From Octopus vulgaris (taxonomy: Eukaryota), in assembly GCA_951406725.2 (NCBI GenBank), contig OX597816.1:155124001-155188000 (forward strand): a stretch of DNA of 64,000 bases. Direction: 5' to 3'. Below the pieces are notes generated by a model. It searched no databases and was not told the origin of the DNA. It was given only the letters and a program-made list of their open reading frames with translations. Made by a program: the position numbers and the translations under genes. Each line of letters begins with the position of its first letter. Positions within the stretch are counted from its first letter, which is position 1. Shown one piece after another: positions 1 to 13,148 of this stretch.

Positions 1-172
1 TTGTCAAATGTAATACTTACATTTTCACATAGTTTTAAATTGATTGTAACTTTGGGATTTTGATTATGTTACTGCATGTTGTGGGGTAGGTGTGAGATGC
101 CAGAACTGACTGGTTTGAACATAAAACAGAATATTTTGGTATGATATGGCCAGTTTAAGTGCTAAATGGTTA
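1..172. mobile_element. End of a TTAA-terminated non-autonomous DNA element (piggyBac-like MITE end)
   Basis: Ends in ...ccagtttaagtgctaaatggTTAA (reverse complement TTAACCATTTAGCAC), resembling a TTAACCC-type terminus. The other end is not in the window. Confidence 0.35.
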
Positions 173-654
173 ATTGTTAATGATATCCTTCTTGTGTTGT
201 AGAAAAAACTTTCATCGTAACCCTACAGCTTTCTCAATCAGACAGGGAATGATTTTATTTTATTTTTGTTAACTGGGTTTTTTCAATTTTATGAGCATTT
301 ATGCAATCACATTAGTATTTGCGTAAATGGTTAAGCTATTCTTTCATCTAGGTTAATTTGATAATATTCCCTATCTTTACTTGATTGGTGTTAATCAGTG
401 TTTATTTTTACCCACAGCAAATAAATCGTTACTTTATAATAATATTCTTTAAAATCCGATTAACATTATATTTTTTAAAGTCTACTCTTTTTCTTCACAG
501 AGAGTTGATAATTTATTCATGCAGACTGTTATTATTTGAATTTCCCGAGGTTTCACTTGGGAGAATGCACCGGCTGCAATGCACAGAAGACAGAATGACA
601 TACTCACACACAGAAAGAATCCCGCATCTCTCATCCTCGCACTACCACTCTCTC

Positions 655-692
655 TCTATGTGTATATATATATATATATATATATACATACA

Positions 693-726
<34 letters not shown>

Positions 727-827
727 CATACATATATATATATATATACATACATACATATTTATATATATACATACATATATATACATATATATATGTA
801 TATAAAAATGTGTGTGTGTATGAGTAT

Positions 828-877
<50 letters not shown>

Positions 878-905
878 ACACAATATATATAAATATATAT
901 ATTAA
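655..905. repeat. (TA)n/(CA)n compound microsatellite (representative of dozens in the window, e.g. 8580-9070, 18355-18670, 19083-19200, 45735-45945, 47620-48470)
   Basis: Directly visible dinucleotide and tetranucleotide runs. These explain the YIYI/HTHT/VCVC ORFs. Confidence 0.98.
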
Positions 906-1197
906 CTGTTTGCTGCATTGCAAATGGGATATACTTAATTCTAAAATAGTTACTCTGATTCTAAACCTCACTAGTTTATTGTTATATCTAATCAGCGTAT
1001 AGCTGATTAAATTAAAATTTTTTTAATTTCTATTGAAATAACAATGTGTTGTGATGAACCAGGTCTAAATTTAATTAGTATTCCTCATAACATCTTATCT
1101 GTATTATGCTATTATGTTATTAGTCGCCGAAATTTTCATCTCGCGGGTATTAATAAAATCATCGCTTTTATTATTTTATCAAATTTTCTTCGATTAT

Positions 1198-1648
1198 TTA
1201 GGCGTGGGCGTGGCTCTGTGGTAAGAAACGTGCTTCCCAACCACATCATTGCGGGTTTAGACTCACTGCGTAACGCTTTGGACAGGTATCTTCCACTATA
1301 GACTCGGGCCGACCGAAGCCTTGTGAGTGAATTTGGTAGACGGAAACTGAAAGAAGCCCGTCATATATACATGCGTACACACACACACACACACACAATA
1401 TACATGTATGTGTGTGTGTGTGCGTGTGTGTTTGTGTCTGTGTTTGTCACACCACTACTACTTGATAACAAGTACTGGCGTGTTTACGTCCCCGTGACTT
1501 AGCAATTCGGCAAAATAAGTCGTTACAATAAGTACTAGACTTAAGAAAGTAAGTACTAGTGTCGAGTCCTTCGAGTAAAAAATTCTTTAATGCGGTGCCC
1601 AAGCATGGCCGTCGTCTAATGACTGTAACAATTAAAAGATAAAAAATA
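1198..1648 (+). mobile_element. tRNA-derived CORE-type SINE with internal microsatellite (diverged copy of the 42929-43330 family)
   Basis: Head gtggctctgtggtaagaa...; body ggccgaccgaagccttgtgagtgaatttggtagacggaaactgaaagaagcccgtc; internal (CA)/(TG); tail gcggtgcccaagcatggcc...tgactgtaacaattaaaaga. Collinear with 42929-43330. Confidence 0.85.
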
Positions 1649-2681
1649 AAATATGTCGTACTACAAAAAGTAGATCTCTGGATTAAAATGTACCGCTGGA
1701 ATAAATTGAAAAGATATGAAATCTAAAAATACCATAAATATGCAGAAATCACAACTAAATGGGAAAAATGACTTTTATATTTCAGAAAACTATCGATAGC
1801 ATTATCACAGTGCAAATACATTTACCAAGAGCTATTTTTCATCATTTTGACAGTAATCGCGATAACTTTCAAATTTATCTCAAACGTATAATTGTGGATT
1901 TCAAAGCGAATAATGTTATCAATGAGGATAAACTGAAATCCTATCTACAATCATGGATTGTTCATAAAAGTAACGATTTAATAAACTAAATATTCGGATC
2001 CCGAAGGAGTTCATTGTTATATGATTATTACTGCTATATCGACCGGATTATTTCAAAATACTTCGCTGTTTTCTAGTCGCCCCTAATAAATTTCCCCAAT
2101 GTATAATGAAAACTGATCAATTTATATGCTAAAATTGAGATGAGAATGTCGGTACGAGATTGCAAATTCGGATATAATATTATTGATAATTTGATACGAG
2201 ACTAAATTGACACGTTTATACCTCATCAAAAAGTATACTGTACTTATCTTCCCGGTGAAAACCCATCGCACGATAAATTTGGGCAAAAGCGTTAAACAAG
2301 TACTTGGTGATGAAATGATATCACCATGATATTTATGATATTTCTATGGTGGATTCCAGCGAGTTTGACTTTGCCTTTCATATATTCAGGGTTGATGAAA
2401 TAAGTTCCAGTTGAACCATGTACAGACACAAACCCAGAAGAACTCATAGTTTGTTTCTGTAGTAGAATGGCTTTAAATGATATTTCTTTAATTTCATCGA
2501 ATTATGTTCAAAATAATAAATATAAAGTTACTGGGATAACATTACAAATAAAGATAATAAAAAATTCCTCACCGAGAACTGTGCCGGTGCTACATATACA
2601 TATGTTTTTGAATGCATCCAAATGTCACTCAATTGATTTGTTTGAAGTCATTTACTCTGCACACATAACCCACAAACCTGT

Positions 2682-2724
<43 letters not shown>

Positions 2725-2728
2725 ATCT

Positions 2729-2782
<54 letters not shown>

Positions 2783-2799
2783 ACCTTTTCTACCAATCT

Positions 2800-3177
2800 A
2801 CAGTAACCTACGCTCTTTGGAGTTTGTTAGTTGCGTACAACTTTTATTCAAAACTCCTGACTCACACACCCTTACGTGTATTACGTCCACTGCCCCTTGT
2901 TTTATACTAACAACTACACACATTTCTTCCTCCCGTAACGCCATGAGCTTATCTGAAATTCTTTTCCTCGTGAGCTTACTTTTCCTTCAGCCATCGAGTT
3001 CAACTGTTCAAGAGAAACATTAACTGCGTCGATCTTACTGTCCTGTGAAAATACCCTAGGCATATCTCCTTTGTTCCAGACTGAATCGATAAGAATAGTA
3101 GGGACTCTTCTAAGTTTAGTTATATTGCTTAAAACGCTTTCTTTTATTTCTGTTTTGCTTGAGCTCCATTTATCCAT
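2800..3177 (-). mobile_element. Possible 3' end of an LTR retrotransposon (ORF end, polypurine tract, short LTR)
   Basis: On the minus strand an open frame runs into GGGAGGAAGAAA (2923-2934), immediately followed by TG (2922), TATAAAA (2900-2906) and AATAAA (2843-2848). No partner LTR is seen. Confidence 0.3.
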
Positions 3178-3980
3178 TGAGTTATTACTCGTGAAATTCT
3201 TTTCATTATGTAAATTTTAATACATTTTGTATGTGAAAGGTTCAAACTTATCGTCTACATTTAAATTTCAACTTAAAGTATTGAAGTATGAAAGCAAGAG
3301 CTGTATACTATTTCACATTCAATATGAGAATAATTTCATTCAATGTAGAATAATTTCATTCAAAATGAGAATATTAAAAATGAGAATATTAAAAATGAGA
3401 ATAGAAAATACAGTATTTTTGCTTTAATTATTTATGTATCACTAATAATAAACATATTTTTGCGTTATATCGTTCCATCATTGACAATTAATTCATTAAG
3501 TTTATATATTATTTCCAAAATGCATATTACATAGTGCGTAATAAGATTTTTGGAAATATTATTAAAATGTTCATGGTTTACATGGTATAAATAAGTTGCA
3601 TAGATTCCATTAATTTTATAAATATGTTTGTTGGCAACTGATGTTGATGAAACTCTGGTATTTATTCATTTTAAGTCAATGTCCTCGGCTTATATATTAT
3701 CCGTCTTCGGTAAAAAAAAAACATTCAAAAGTATATCACCGAGAAAGGGGTAATAGATATACATAACTTTAGAAAAATTAATTTATTTGAAAAAAATACT
3801 GTAAAACAAGTGTAAATTTTTTATCCTTTGGTGTTTATGTATTTCAGAGAATATAACTTGCATAATTCGAAAGCATTTAGAAAAATGATTAAAGAAACAA
3901 ATAATTTTATTATATTGTCTAAGATATTGGTTTTCTTAATGTAAATTTCTTTAAAATTATTTTTCGATTCCGTTTTGTAG

Positions 3981-4137
3981 TTGTACGATTCTCGACTTGT
4001 AATTCGAAAAGGAATTTTGGTCCCAAGCAGCAAATGTGCGATGCTGCTTATAAAGACACTAAACTGGATTCAATTACTATACATCCGTCAATGCCAGGCG
4101 TTCAAGTTTGGACTGTTCCCAGAACTGGAGAATACAG
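3981..4137 (+). CDS. ALK: Internal coding exon of an ALK/LTK-family receptor tyrosine kinase (start of TNF-like/glycine-rich ectodomain region)
   Basis: Acceptor ttttgtAG|TT and donor AG|GTAAGC. 157 nt, phase 1 in and phase 2 out. Translates VRFSTCNSKRNFGPKQQMCDAAYKDTKLDSITIHPSMPGVQVWTVPRTGEY, matching the ALK/LTK pattern FTTCG..G..GP.Q.QC..AY...GIQIW.VP.T..Y recalled from human ALK. The ORF track shows a different frame. Orthology (ALK versus paralog) is not established. Confidence 0.9.
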
Positions 4138-4886
4138 GTAAGCGAAAAGAAGTTTTTAAAGTAAATACTGCATATTAGAGTATTTCAGCTCCCTTAAGTG
4201 AGAATGATTTTCATAAACTATTACTTCTCGATATTGAAAAGAGTCAATTTATCGCCGTCAATGCGATATGGTCAGTACTATTCTCTTAATACTACAGCAC
4301 TTTTAGAAACTGACTTTTAAGGAACATTTTACAGATTGTAACCACACTACTCTAAACTGCATTGCTCTGAATGCTTAATACATTGAAATTAAATATTCAT
4401 GGAATTTACTTACAGTAAAGTTTATTGAGTGTAAAGGATTTAAATATGAACTTACTGTAGTGCAAACCACAACAGTAATTTTCTGAAGTAATAAAGAGAT
4501 GAAAATATGCGGTATTCTTCATAGAATTGACATTAATTTCATGGTTAAGATGCTTGAATATTAGCGAGTGGTCCAAATGTAAAGATTAATATTGTGTTAT
4601 TGAGCAAGCATTCATTTCTATACTTGCATCGTCTTTCTTCATAGTAAATTTTATTCCATATTATCATTATTCCCTAAGCTAATGGGAATAGATGCATTAT
4701 CCTGGAATGACTCCTGACATAGACTGGTGACTCGTCAAATAAAAATCTTATCTTTCAACCGCTTAACACTGTAAAATAAAAGCATTGCATCGGACTTCAA
4801 AGTCTTAATGGGTCAGCTATTTACACTTTCTAGGATTACGCGACTCCTATAAAGTGATGCAATATATATATATATATATATATATA

Positions 4887-5005
4887 TTGGCCTGCTCGCT
4901 TAGCCAGCAGGGTGGCGTTATTCAAAGGTTAAAACAATGCGAACGCATAGTGACCAGCGATGTGTAACAACATCTGATGGTCTGCTCGGTCACGTGATCA
5001 CGTGA
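4887..5005 (+). mobile_element. Solo SINE/LINE 3' tail (same as tail of SINE at 45961-46227)
   Basis: ggcctgctcgcttagccagc.gggtggcgt.att..aagg.taaaacaatgcgaa..gcat.gtgaccagcgatgtg is shared with 46126-46227. Flanked by (TA)n. Confidence 0.8.
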
Positions 5006-5179
5006 TATATATATATTATATATATAAGTAATGAGAGAGAGTCCACATGTGGTCACTCTAACGCTAGATATAGATGCACGAAGGGAATCCACCACTTAAG
5101 AATTGTTCTCAAGAATTAATTCAACGCGCCAAGAATGTAAGCGAGCAGGACAAATGAAAAATAACGAAAAAATAGATTA

Positions 5180-5255
5180 ACTCTATACAATTGTTTCACC
5201 GTTAATAGATTGTGTAATTTTACTTACATAATCATTTTCGGATCTTCAGTAGAGT
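5180..5255 (-). ncRNA. Minimal type I hammerhead ribozyme motif (Penelope pLTR-type)
   Basis: Minus strand reads ACUCUA-CUGAAGA-U-CCG...GAUUAUGUAA/UUACACAAUC...CGG-U-GAA-ACAAUUGU-A-UAGAGU. Stem I is 6 bp, the core is canonical, stem II is extended, stem III is palindromic, and the cleavage triplet is GUA. Confidence 0.75.
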
Positions 5256-5369
5256 ATATAAAAATAATATAATTTGCTGAGTCGAGCGCCAACATCCACA
5301 CGAAGCCGAATAAAGGCGAATGGCAAAGCCGATTATATCTGATTATATATATCTGATTATATATATCTG

Positions 5370-5411
<42 letters not shown>

Positions 5412-5989
5412 GAATTAGTTGTATCTTGGGAAAGTCATTATACCAATAACAATCACAAACACTAGTTTCTATTTCACTTCTTTTATAATTATTAGTCAAT
5501 TCGTTAACACTTTGGCAACTTAATCGGAGCAAATATGAACCAGACCTGGACTAGAGAGCGCGTGTCATTGATGAGGTCGCGAATAGCGCCGAAAGGATTC
5601 ACCAAGCTGACTGACTGACCTAACAATTAATCAAACAATTGATTACTTAATTACTTAAATAGTTAACGAATTGACTAAATATAATTATAAAATGTAATAT
5701 AACCATTGTGTATGTTTATTATTGGAATAATGACGTTCCGACACCCAGAGACAATAAAATCTATTTCAGCCCACGTGCTCCGATCAGCAATCTTGCAAAG
5801 TATATACAACAACGAAATATGCAGTAGAACCTTTGCATCTGTTTCTGTTTAAAACATGTACACATGTTTTCTTATGAATGTTTTTCATGAGATGGACAAC
5901 TTAGACAGTTTTCTTAATTCAAACACGCCTTAAATAAGAAAATTGGTTTATTGATGCCAAAATTGCAGAACAGCAAAGCCATCTAATGA

Positions 5990-6200
5990 AGTGCCACGTC
6001 CTCTAAGTCGGATATAACTGAAGGCTCACAGAAAACAGATGGAACCTGCATCTGTTGAGTGTTATCCAAACGATTGGAAGAGGGCACTAAGGAGACATTC
6101 AAGACGATAGGATAGGGATATAGTCAAACAATTAGGACCTAATTTGTGGAGGTAGATGATGCAATCAAGGGAATACTGCAATCTCATTGAGATAAGCAAT
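5990..6200 (+). pseudogene. Degraded RTE-clade LINE ORF2 3' end
   Basis: Broken frames give NRW...VECYPNDWKR..RR.SRR*DRDIVKQLG..LWR...QSREY, resembling the RTE C-terminus (RW....W.P...KR..GRP..RW.D). Confidence 0.45.
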
Positions 6201-7140
6201 ACATAAGGACATCTCATAGTCTGATAGTTAGAGCGAGAGAGTGATATAGCGATGTATAATTTAAAACATATTGTGGAAATATTCGCTTAAATTGCTATGG
6301 TTTTGTTTGCATTAGTGTTTGCTTGATGGTGCAAATACTTTCTTCATGCTCTTAATTTGATGGTATTTTGTTATTATCATTGACGTGTCTCTTCTTTCCT
6401 TACTCCAATTTATGTCACTATTTGGTTGACATGGACTTTCTGTTTCTCTCCCAAGATTACCGCTTCGTCTTTTCCGGTTTTTTTTGCTAGTGTCTGTCTT
6501 TTTGACCATGAGTCATTGCGCTTTCTGAAGTCTGCATTTCCCACCCAGTTGAATAAAAAAAAATCGTACAAAGTTAACATGTTCAAGTACATTTGAATGT
6601 GGGAAATGGCTTTATACTGCAAAAATAGCCCAGGGAGAAAAGATCTTCCTCTGTACAAATTTGGAGCCACGAATTGTTTATGACATCATTGGATCATTAG
6701 ATGCATGTGTCTGTTTTCTTGTGCTTCGTCAGGTATGAACATCAGATCTGTCTGCTTAGATCAGCTGGTCTCTTATTTTCTGTTTATGAAGATAGTGTAC
6801 ATTGAGCTAATAATTTTGTTGTGTACTGAATTAATTTTCACTTTCGCATTTTTATTGAATTCCTCAAATTCATGAAATATACATTTCAATAAAACGTGTA
6901 TTTCACTAATTTGAGGAATTGTATAAATTTGTATGCAATATAAGTTTATCGCAAAGATTGAAAAGTTAGAATAGCTGTAATTTCACTTCAGGTTAGATTC
7001 GATCGAGTAGACATGGATCCAGACCAAGCAACACTGATCAACTCATCTTTTTGTTTGATGATGATTACATTCTCCATGCTCTTTGATTTTAAGGCAGTGA
7101 GACATGATTTGAAAAGATTAGTGTTTTTTCTAGCTGATCA

Positions 7141-7526
7141 TGGGAAGCACTCCGTCGGTTACGACGACGAGGGTTCCGGTTGATCCGATCAACGGAACAG
7201 CCTGCTCGTGAAATTAACGTGTAAGTGGCTGAGCACTCCACAGACACGTGTACCCTTAACGTAGTTCTCGGGGATATTCAGCGTGACACAAAGAGTGACA
7301 AGGCCGGTCCTTTGAAATACAGGTACAACAGAAACAGGAAGTAAGAGTGAGAGAAAGTTGTGGTGAAAGAGTACAGCAGGGATCACTACCATCCCCTGCC
7401 GGAGCCTCGTGGAGCTTTAGGTGCTTTCGATCAATAAACACTCACAACGCCCGGTTTGGGAATCGAAACCGCGATCCTATGACCGCGAGTCCGCTGCCCT
7501 AACCACTGGGCCATTGCGCCTCCACA
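7141..7526 (-). mobile_element. Full-length tRNA-derived SINE, tail type A, with 11-bp target site duplication
   Basis: Minus head GTGGAGGCGCAATGGCCCAGTGGTTAGGGCAGCGGACTCGCGGTC...GTTTCGATTCCC (A/B boxes). TSD CTAGCTGATCA at 7130-7140 and 7527-7537. Confidence 0.93.
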
Positions 7527-7964
7527 CTAGCTGATCAAACACATAGATATTCCTTTGTTGGCTATGAGAGGAATGAGTGAACAGATGAACAGATGAGTTA
7601 AAGCCTAACGTTATAAACTCTCGTACATTTAGGAGTTGCATTCAAATCCCACCGTATGAAGTGTTGAGGTAAACACAATAATCCTTTGACCTAGTGTAGT
7701 GGATTCAATGTAATATTTATGTTGCAAGTCCAAAGTATTTCCCATATCTTTACATATTGATTTAATGTGGGAACATCAAAGTGGTTGCTTGATTTGCTAA
7801 AAGTAGTAAATCTAGGTTGAATCACACCGTTTTATGGAATAATGTACACCGTAGTTCCTTATCTTTCGCTAAACAATCGAAAGATCGTGGCGAGAATGCA
7901 TATATCATAAGTCATCTTGATCAGGTTTGAAATCGGTTAAAAATATTCTTTCTGCTATAAATAT

Positions 7965-8158
7965 ATGGCCTGGAAGTTTGGGGAAATGGAAAGACGGTTG
8001 CATCGACCCCAATGCATGACTAGTACACTCTTACCGACTCTGAAAAGATGAAAGCAAAGCCGAGCTCGGCGAAGTTTCACATCAGAATGCAAATTCGGAC
8101 GAAACGGCACTAAACATTTCGGCCGGCACGGTAGAGATTCTGCTTGTTTACCGCCTTA
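7965..8158 (-). mobile_element. Diverged SINE of the 51426/58416 family
   Basis: Reverse complement aligns by eye to ggcggcgagctggcagaatcgttagcacgccgggcgaaatg...gactttgcctttcatcctttcggggtcg. Confidence 0.7.
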
Positions 8159-8592
8159 TTCTTGGTTAAAATTCTACAACATAACTTACAACAAGGACAC
8201 ACAAAGAAAATCTAAAATCTTACTTGAATAAAGACACAACATTGGGTTTTCACTATGGGATACTAATGTCGTAAAGCATTGATCTCATCTAAAAGATAGA
8301 AATATTCTAAATTTGAGAAACTATCCCATTTACTCTCATTAGCTTTAGGTGTGTATGTTTTGTCACTAAATATCTAATAGACCATTTCAATAATTTCTCC
8401 TTGAAATAAATATCATAATTATACAGATGAAGACATACTGATACACATACATGCATACGTGATTACATACATACATGCATACATACATAAACATACAGAC
8501 ACACACACCCACATATACGTATGCTTATATGTGTGACTCTATACATGAATAAATAAATACATATATATATATATTATAAATGTATATAAGAT

Positions 8593-8654
<62 letters not shown>

Positions 8655-8663
<9 letters not shown>

Positions 8664-8763
8664 CATATAGCTTTTTATGTCTATAACTGCACACACATAC
8701 ACACATACATATATATATATATATATGCATATATATAAAGATATATATATATATATATATACA

Positions 8764-8800
<37 letters not shown>

Positions 8801-8886
8801 CATATAGCTTTTTATGTCTATAACTGCACACACATACACACATACATATATATATGCATATATATAAAGATATATATATATACATG
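8655..8886. repeat. Local tandem duplication (~140 bp period) within microsatellite
   Basis: tataatatcatatagctttttatgtctataactgcacacacatacacacatacat...gcatatatataaaga occurs twice. Confidence 0.85.
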
Positions 8887-8888
8887 AG

Positions 8889-8921
<33 letters not shown>

Positions 8922-9353
8922 ATACATACATATATTTACATATATATAAAGATATATGCATATGTGTGTATATATTTTATATATATAGGCAAACTGATGC
9001 ATCTACATATATACGTAGACATATATACAAACACATAAATATACATATATATATATACACGCGCACACACATGTATAGGTAGGTATATAAATACGAAGCT
9101 ATCAATTAACATCTGAAAGAGCTCATGAACTGCAGACACCAAAAAGAACATTATAATGTGATACGGAAATGTATATTTGAAGTGGTGTCTCTTTTCAGTT
9201 TCTTTGGCACAATGTATTCTCGAATACATGATTATTTATTCATCCCTTCATTCATATGCAAATGTGTCTGTGTATGTATGTGTGTGTGTGTGTGTGCGTG
9301 TGTGTGTGGTTCGTACACGCATATATAATACAATATTAATTCGGTTCTACGTC

Positions 9354-9422
9354 AGTTCCGACGATGAGTATTCCAATATAGTTACCAACTGAAGTAGCTA
9401 CTCATTGAATAATTGTCCAACT
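9354..9422 (+). ncRNA. Degenerate hammerhead-like motif
   Basis: AGTT-CCGACGA-TGAGTA...TACTCA-TTGAATAATTGTC-CAACT. Stem I (AGTT/AACT) and stem II (TGAGTA/TACTCA) are present; the GAAA box is damaged. Confidence 0.35.
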
Positions 9423-10199
9423 CGTTCCCCACCCACAGACGCTTGTAGCATTAAGTTAATCCCGTGGCAGATTCAATAAGATACTGTATGAGTACTCCAG
9501 CCAACTAGCTTTTACAATGTTTGTCTACTTACTTCATTCACAAGGCTGAGATCGAACAAAGGCTATACTAAAACCGCTAACAGTGGACGACATGTTGCAC
9601 TTAATCACTCAGCCGTGCCTGCCTCCATACACTCATACATACAGCGCACATATACACATGCACTTCAACACATAAACACAAGCATACACATATATACATA
9701 CATATATGCATACACATGTATACATATATATATACATACACTCCACGATGTTGTTTAATTTCCCTCTGCGATATTCAGTTACCTCTTTTTACAGACACGG
9801 CGTTGGCCATGCATAAATATATTAACTAAATACAGTTAGAGTGTCGTGATGTAGTAGTACATCTACGGTAATTCCGTGAAGCAGGTACCAAGTGATAATT
9901 CTCATGGAAGGTACAGGAGTATTTGGTTTTCTTGATGAACGTCTGACATCTTTTGCACACACACACACAATCACACACTCAGAATAGACATGTAAATAAC
10001 AGAATTGTGAAGGAATGAGACAAAATGTCCCAATCGATAGAATGCAGCCAAACTATATCCTATATTGGCATCTACCATGTCAAGACTTTCTAAAACGTAT
10101 TCACAATTGTCGGGGCTATGTTCTCTCGGTATAAAATGTTAACTTGAACTTCGTAACATTCGTACTTTCCTCTAGAACGTCGTAGCTCTTGCCTATGAC

Positions 10200-11250
10200 C
10201 ATCACTTTATGTGCCAAATGAGGAGCGAACAAGTATGGCATATATCCATAAGGATCCTTAAACAGGCTATCCAATGCAGTGATATTCGTTTCTGAAAACG
10301 TTTCACCGCCAGTCGTATCAAACCTGCTGCTACAAGTTTTTCGCAACACCAAATGTTCATCTTTAAACCACATATCCATCTATTCCAGCTGAAATTGTGG
10401 AGGCACATGGCTTAGTGGTTAGAGCATCGGACTCGCGGTCGAGGGATCGCGGGTTCGAATCTCAGATCGGGCGATGAGTGAAACACCTAAGCTCCACGCG
10501 GCTCCGGCAGAAGGCAATGGTGGAATTCTGCTGACTCTTTCGCCACAACATTCTCTCACTCTTTACTTCTGCATCTTGCAGCTCACCTGCGACGAACCTA
10601 TACGCCAAGGAAACCGGGAAACCGGCCCTAATGAGCCAGGCGTGGCTCGAGAAGGAACAGACAATTCCAGCTGAAATCGCAGAAATCCTAATCTGTCCTT
10701 ATTCACTAAAGTCACAAATACTCTATGGCTATAACATCTGTGTGATCCGATGCGATTTCTCTCAGTACCTGTTAGTACAATCGAGAAATCGAGTCGGTAT
10801 CTATAAGACTGCTTTGCGAGGGGTTTTACGTCTCACACTCTTATTTTGTACTCCGACACAAAACTAGAATTGTTCTACAGACCCATTCCGATCGCCCACT
10901 ATGTAGAGGTGCATCGCACCTTATAAAACATCAATGATTACTCGATTCCAGGCATCATCTTAGCTGATGGTTACATTTCGGACCAACGACTTATAACCCG
11001 TATCCAGGAAAACAATTCGCACCTCGAGGTTCACTACTTTCCGAAATAACAAGATTATGACAACCGAAAGATATATATATAGATCTCGTTGCCATTCAGT
11101 AAAAACACCAACAACTGTGTGCAGGAACATTTGATCGAGCTGATAACTATCATATCCAAATCTATTGGTATGGAGCCATTATTCAAGTTACTTTGATTCC
11201 TGACAAACAGGCTATTCTGGAAGGAGGAAGATGAGAATGGCTATTTGGTC
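10200..11250 (+). pseudogene. Heavily degraded Gypsy-type integrase region, interrupted by a SINE
   Basis: LYVPNEERTSMAYIHKDP*TGYP resembles the integrase zinc-binding L.VP...R..IL..LH..P..GHPG. Downstream RYL*DCFAR, SIPGIILADG and ISKSIGMEPLFKLL appear in the expected order. Many stops. Confidence 0.35.
10396..10663 (+). mobile_element. tRNA-derived SINE, same head family as 7141-7526, tail type B, 14-bp TSD
   Basis: Head TGTGGAGGCACATGGCTTAGTGGTTAGAGCATCGGACTCGCGGTC...GGTTCGAATCTC. TSD ATTCCAGCTGAAAT at 10382-10395 and 10664-10677. Confidence 0.92.
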
Positions 11251-11984
11251 CTTGGATGGACTTATCAAAAAGTTACCTGCTGTAATTCTTCGGGAAATCC
11301 CCGTTGTGAATATTTTTATAACTTTAGTCATAAAAATAAGAGTGTATTTATTTCAGACTATTTTCTTTCTCTCCCTGTATGTATGTATGTATGTATGTAT
11401 GTATGTATGTATGTATGTATGTATGTATGTATGTATGTATGCATGTATGTATGTTTATGTGGGGATATGTATGTAAGTATGTACGTGTGTATATACATAT
11501 ACAGATACGTACTCAAATAGACAGAAAATGAAATTGCATGCTACAGTTAAGTAACAGATACAGATATAAAGTACCTAATTTGAGTGAATTATTCGTTTTT
11601 AAATTATATCATCAACGCAGTCTACCGACTAACAAAGTCTTTGTGATTTTAACCCTGCTAGTTAGTTTTATTTCTGACTGATTAAAAAGTCGAATATTAT
11701 AGATACCTATTATTATTAGAATAATACCTATTATTATTGAACCAACTCGTCTGGAGCAAAGTATAGGGAGAACGCAAACACTTAATTCATATGCTTCAAA
11801 TACTGGGACTATAAAAACTTACAAGACCTTCTTAAGATTTGAAGAGTGTTGGTTGAAATAACCTTGCTACTGATTAGGTGGCTCTTCAAAATTTACTCTA
11901 AAATTAGAAAGAGAAAAAGAACATACGTACATACATACATACATAAATGCATACATACACATCGAACTCTAAACTGCCATTCCA

Positions 11985-12262
11985 TCTTTTGCGACAAGGG
12001 TTCCATCTAAATCAGTCAACGGAACAGCTCGCTCGTGAAATTAGCATGCAAGCGGTTAAGCACTCCAAAGTCACGCGTTACCCTTGACATAGTCCTCAGG
12101 GAGACTCAGCGTGAAGGAGAGTGTGAAAAAAGGCTGGCCCTTTGAATTGGGGGTACAACTAATTTTTGCTCGCTGAGTGGACTGGAACAACGTGAAATAA
12201 AGTGTTTTTGCGCAAGGAGACAATGATCGTGAGCCGAATAACCTAATCACTAAGCAACGCTT
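11985..12262 (-). mobile_element. Older SINE with a different head/central domain but tail type A
   Basis: Central tccttgcgcaaaaacactttatttcacgttgttccagtccactcagc (CORE/V-like). The 3' part caacggaacagctcgctcgtgaaattagc...cagcgtga matches 7190-7320. Confidence 0.75.
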
Positions 12263-12764
12263 ACATACATACATATGCATACGAATACATACATATATAA
12301 ATGTACATATATATGTACATACATTCACACATACACACACATATATACATATACACACACACATACACCTCACACATATTTATATACAAGAGTTGTTACG
12401 TCTTATGTAATGAGTAAGTTTGGAAGCTTACTGTTGTTTCTGTGGGTAATATCTGGAAACATGACCGACGTGCAATAAATATAATCTTTCATAAATTTTC
12501 TTGAATACTTCTAGAAAATAACGAAATGTATACTAATTTTCAATGGGAAATATTTAATACCTTAAAATGAAATTAGTAGAATTTTCCCACTGAATATGAC
12601 GAGAAATATTTGTAATATCACCAGCAGAATCCGAACTCTGCGTCTGGTGTGCACCGTACAGCTGCGTTAACAACTGCCGTAAAAACCACAAACACACACA
12701 CACGCACACACTGAAACGCACGCAGATATGTACATACGCTAGTACGAGTTTGTATGTTTGTCTC

Positions 12765-12958
12765 TCACTGCTTGACAACCAGAGTGGTTTAGCTTACGTC
12801 CAATTAAACTGGACGTTTAGACAAAAGAGACAGGTGGAATAAGTAAAAGACTCTAAAGATAAATGCTGGAGGCGATCTAATCACCAATATCCTTTAAGAC
12901 GGTGCTTTCAAGCATGGCCACAGTTCGAAGAATGAAACGAGTAAGGGGATAAAAGGAA
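12765..12958 (+). mobile_element. 3' half of CORE-type SINE (diverged)
   Basis: gcttgacaacc...ggtgctttcaagcatggccacag...atgaaacgagtaag matches 43150-43330. Confidence 0.7.
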
Positions 12959-13041
12959 ATCTTTGAAACATATTTATTGGTATACACACACACACACACA
13001 CACGTGTGTGTGTGTATGTGTGTATGTATATGTGTGTGTGC

Positions 13042-13148
<107 letters not shown>

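Noticed and set aside
385-1002. 205-aa ORF and possible acceptor at ~500
   Set aside because: It runs through (TA)n, has no ALK-like or other recognisable peptide in any frame, and has no convincing donor.
2943-3023. Signal-peptide-like MSLSEILFLVSLLFLQPSSS as first exon of the ALK-like gene
   Set aside because: It ends in a stop after 26 codons, and the only good donor (GTGAGC) is phase 0 while the 3981 exon needs phase 1.
5568-5600. TTGATGA-GGTCGC..GCGCC-GAAA hammerhead-like motif on + strand
   Set aside because: The core is mutated and stems I and III are not convincing.
6312-6670. Lys/Arg-rich minus-strand ORFs
   Set aside because: No recognisable motif; probably decayed retroelement sequence, but it cannot be assigned.
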